From the NCBI GenBank assembly GCA_951406725.2, contig OX597823.1, positions 72,168,001-72,232,000 on the forward strand: DNA of 64,000 bases. Reading direction: 5' to 3'. The translations under genes were made by a program, and so were the position numbers. This stretch comes from Octopus vulgaris. Lineage: Eukaryota. Shown here piece by piece: positions 61,871-64,000 of the stretch. A model generated the notes under the pieces. That model made no database searches and was not told where the DNA came from. It saw nothing but the letters and a program-made list of their open reading frames with translations. The number at the start of each line of letters is the position of its first letter. Positions within the stretch are counted from its first letter, which is position 1.

Positions 61871-62400
61871 CTCTCGCAACTAGTGACTTCTTGACAAGCG
61901 GTCTTACCGTCAATGAGAAGAATTAAGGCATTTGCAAATCACCAACTCATTTACAGTATTCTAATACAGATGAGAGAACAAATATATATAATAATTGCAG
62001 AAAAAAAGCAAGAAAATTCGGAGGGTGAAAGTTCACAGTAATTTAGTGAGGAAGGATATAAATCAATGAAAACCAAACAATAATGTCCGTTGGTGGGACA
62101 GAAAAGAAATTTAGAGGATTTTCGTGATGATTCAAATTTATATATAAATGACAACAAAATGAAAATGTCCGTGAACTTTAATGATGTGCTATCATTAATA
62201 AGTACTTTGTTAACTGATGTTTAAGGGGAAAGTAATTTTCATCCAATGTATTATACAAGAAGAAAAGGAATAACCATATGAAAACATGTGAAACTAACTC
62301 CCGTTGATATTGATATAATGTCGGCAAGTGTAGCAAGATAAGGGAGGTAACACTGTAAATATTGTAAAGAGTTAAAGAAACTGAACAGGAAAAACCCATT
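61575..62400 (-). pseudogene. Possible decayed Ig-like coding segments
   Basis: GSLNLSIVIHIVVEKHIIISECEV...TTNVDLLI (61770-61580), TNGHYCLVFIDLYPS...FSC (62100-62005) and FSCSVSLTLYNI (62395-62355). Motif resemblance judged by eye only. Confidence 0.22.
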
Positions 62401-62946
62401 ATAGTGGTTGATGCTGTTCATTTAATTCTATTTTCAAAACCATTGATAGAGTGGCACGAACGTCATCAGTTCACATGTTCTACTCACATATGTTTATTAG
62501 TAGAATTCTCTATATTTGAACCATCTAAAGTGATTATTATCAGTTTATAGAACTGATCAGTCATCCAGGAAAAAGATTAAAATTTATGTACTTTTAGTAT
62601 TGAACTAATTCACTGCTACGGAGAAATTAATTTAAAGACACTGTTTGGATTCTTAGCAGAAGCAACTTCATCTTACCAACATTCATGAATAGCAATTTTA
62701 GCCAAGAAGAAGCCCTCTTCGCGTTTTATCAAACTGCTAGAAATAGGAGCTATATCTCTGATATATCACACTGTACTATACGAAATGATGAAAGAACACT
62801 TCAGATTATGTAGTCATACCAAATCCGAAAATGTTGAGATGATCGTAAATGAAATGATTTTGATTACGCCAGCTTAATCAATATTGACTTGGATCTCACA
62901 ATATCAAATTATACTCCTTTTGCGTTATTATCTCCCTCCTTATGAT

Positions 62947-63019
<73 letters not shown>

Positions 63020-63103
63020 CCCTACAGTAAATATATTTTCTACCTGTAATACATGTAGCCTATTTTATTACGGCTTCATTTATGTTACGCTTATCACTGA
63101 TTG

Positions 63104-63145
<42 letters not shown>

Positions 63146-63149
63146 AATG

Positions 63150-63370
63150 CGTCTGTGTCTTTGCGTTTGAGTTTTCCCCTATCGTCCCTGCTTGACAACC
63201 GGTTTTGCTTTGTTTTCGTCCCCGTAACTTAGTGGTTCGGCAAAAAGAGGCAAATAGGTTAAGTACTATGCTAATAAATAAATAACTATTGGGACTGATT
63301 CATTCGACTAAAAGTTCCTTAAGACGGTGCTCCAGCATAGCCGGAGCCTAACGACTGAATCAGAAAGAAG
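63150..63370 (+). mobile_element. SINE family B, 3' half
   Basis: GCTTGACAACCGG...CGTCCCCGTAACTTAGTGGTTCGGCAAAAGAG...CGGTGCTCCAGCAT. Confidence 0.75.
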
Positions 63371-64000
63371 ATAAAGCATAAAAGACAAAAAGAAAAATAA
63401 GAAATAAGTGGAAATTTTACCAGTGAGTAGAATTATAATTATAAGGCACAAAAAGAAAATGACTCTCTCCAGACACAACAGAATATGCTTCAACACACGA
63501 ACTCATATAAAGAATCTTGCAAACCAAATCCAAAAAAAAAAAAACGAAATGCAAAATGGAACATTTATTATTTAAAAAATAGAGGCAAATCTGTTGGATT
63601 CTAAACTCAGAAAAATGAAGAACCCAAGAAGATGGTGTAGTCAAATGAATGTATTCAACATATGCCTGTCACTTAATATTGTCAAGACAGTACAAGGAAG
63701 AAACTGTTCCGGAAGAATTTGAATTCCACTCCGCACAAATTTGAGGGTACTAGATAATAGTTGAACTGAAAACTATGGAGAATTTCTCCAGTATGGGAAT
63801 AATGTATTTAAGCTAACACTGTTGCTGCCATTTATTATTTAGGGAAAATATCAGCGTCCGCTTCTACATTATTCTTTCTATAACAATGGGTAATTCATGT
63901 ACTGGATTATTATAATTCATGTATTTATTGATACTTGAATTCATATCCTATCACTCGAAAATATAGTAACGTATTGTGATATATATATACGGGAGGTAAC

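Noticed and set aside
63440-63900. Coding-like purine-rich stretch
   Set aside because: It has multiple stops and no recognisable motif. It is probably an old retroelement fragment, but I cannot support a call.

Overview
This is AT-rich eukaryotic DNA dense in microsatellites and transposons, with no intact host gene that I can recognise. The repeat families look like those of an Octopus (cephalopod) genome; this is pattern recognition, not a database result. Nearly all ORFs in the track are microsatellite artefacts. The well-supported retroelements are a 5'-truncated, frameshifted CR1/L2-group LINE (24.5-26.6 kb), R4/Dong-type LINE pieces sitting in (TAA)n, RTE fragments, a Ty3/Gypsy RT fragment, and more than 30 copies or fragments of three tRNA-headed SINE families (here called A, B and C). 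The DNA transposons are Tc1/mariner relics, two of them forming large inverted structures, and a non-autonomous Helitron. Five observations stand out. (1) SINE-B shares its 3' tail with the CR1-like LINE, and the tail stem-loop is kept by compensatory changes, so the two are a candidate SINE-LINE pair. (2) Several retroelements appear to target microsatellites (TAA, CTAT, TA). (3) A minimal hammerhead-ribozyme-like motif lies in a Penelope-like repeat. (4) There are several long fold-back palindromes. (5) Scattered, stop-interrupted minus-strand segments carry Ig-domain-like motifs and may be a decayed immunoglobulin-superfamily locus (low confidence). Coordinates of degenerate elements are approximate, to within about 10-30 bp.
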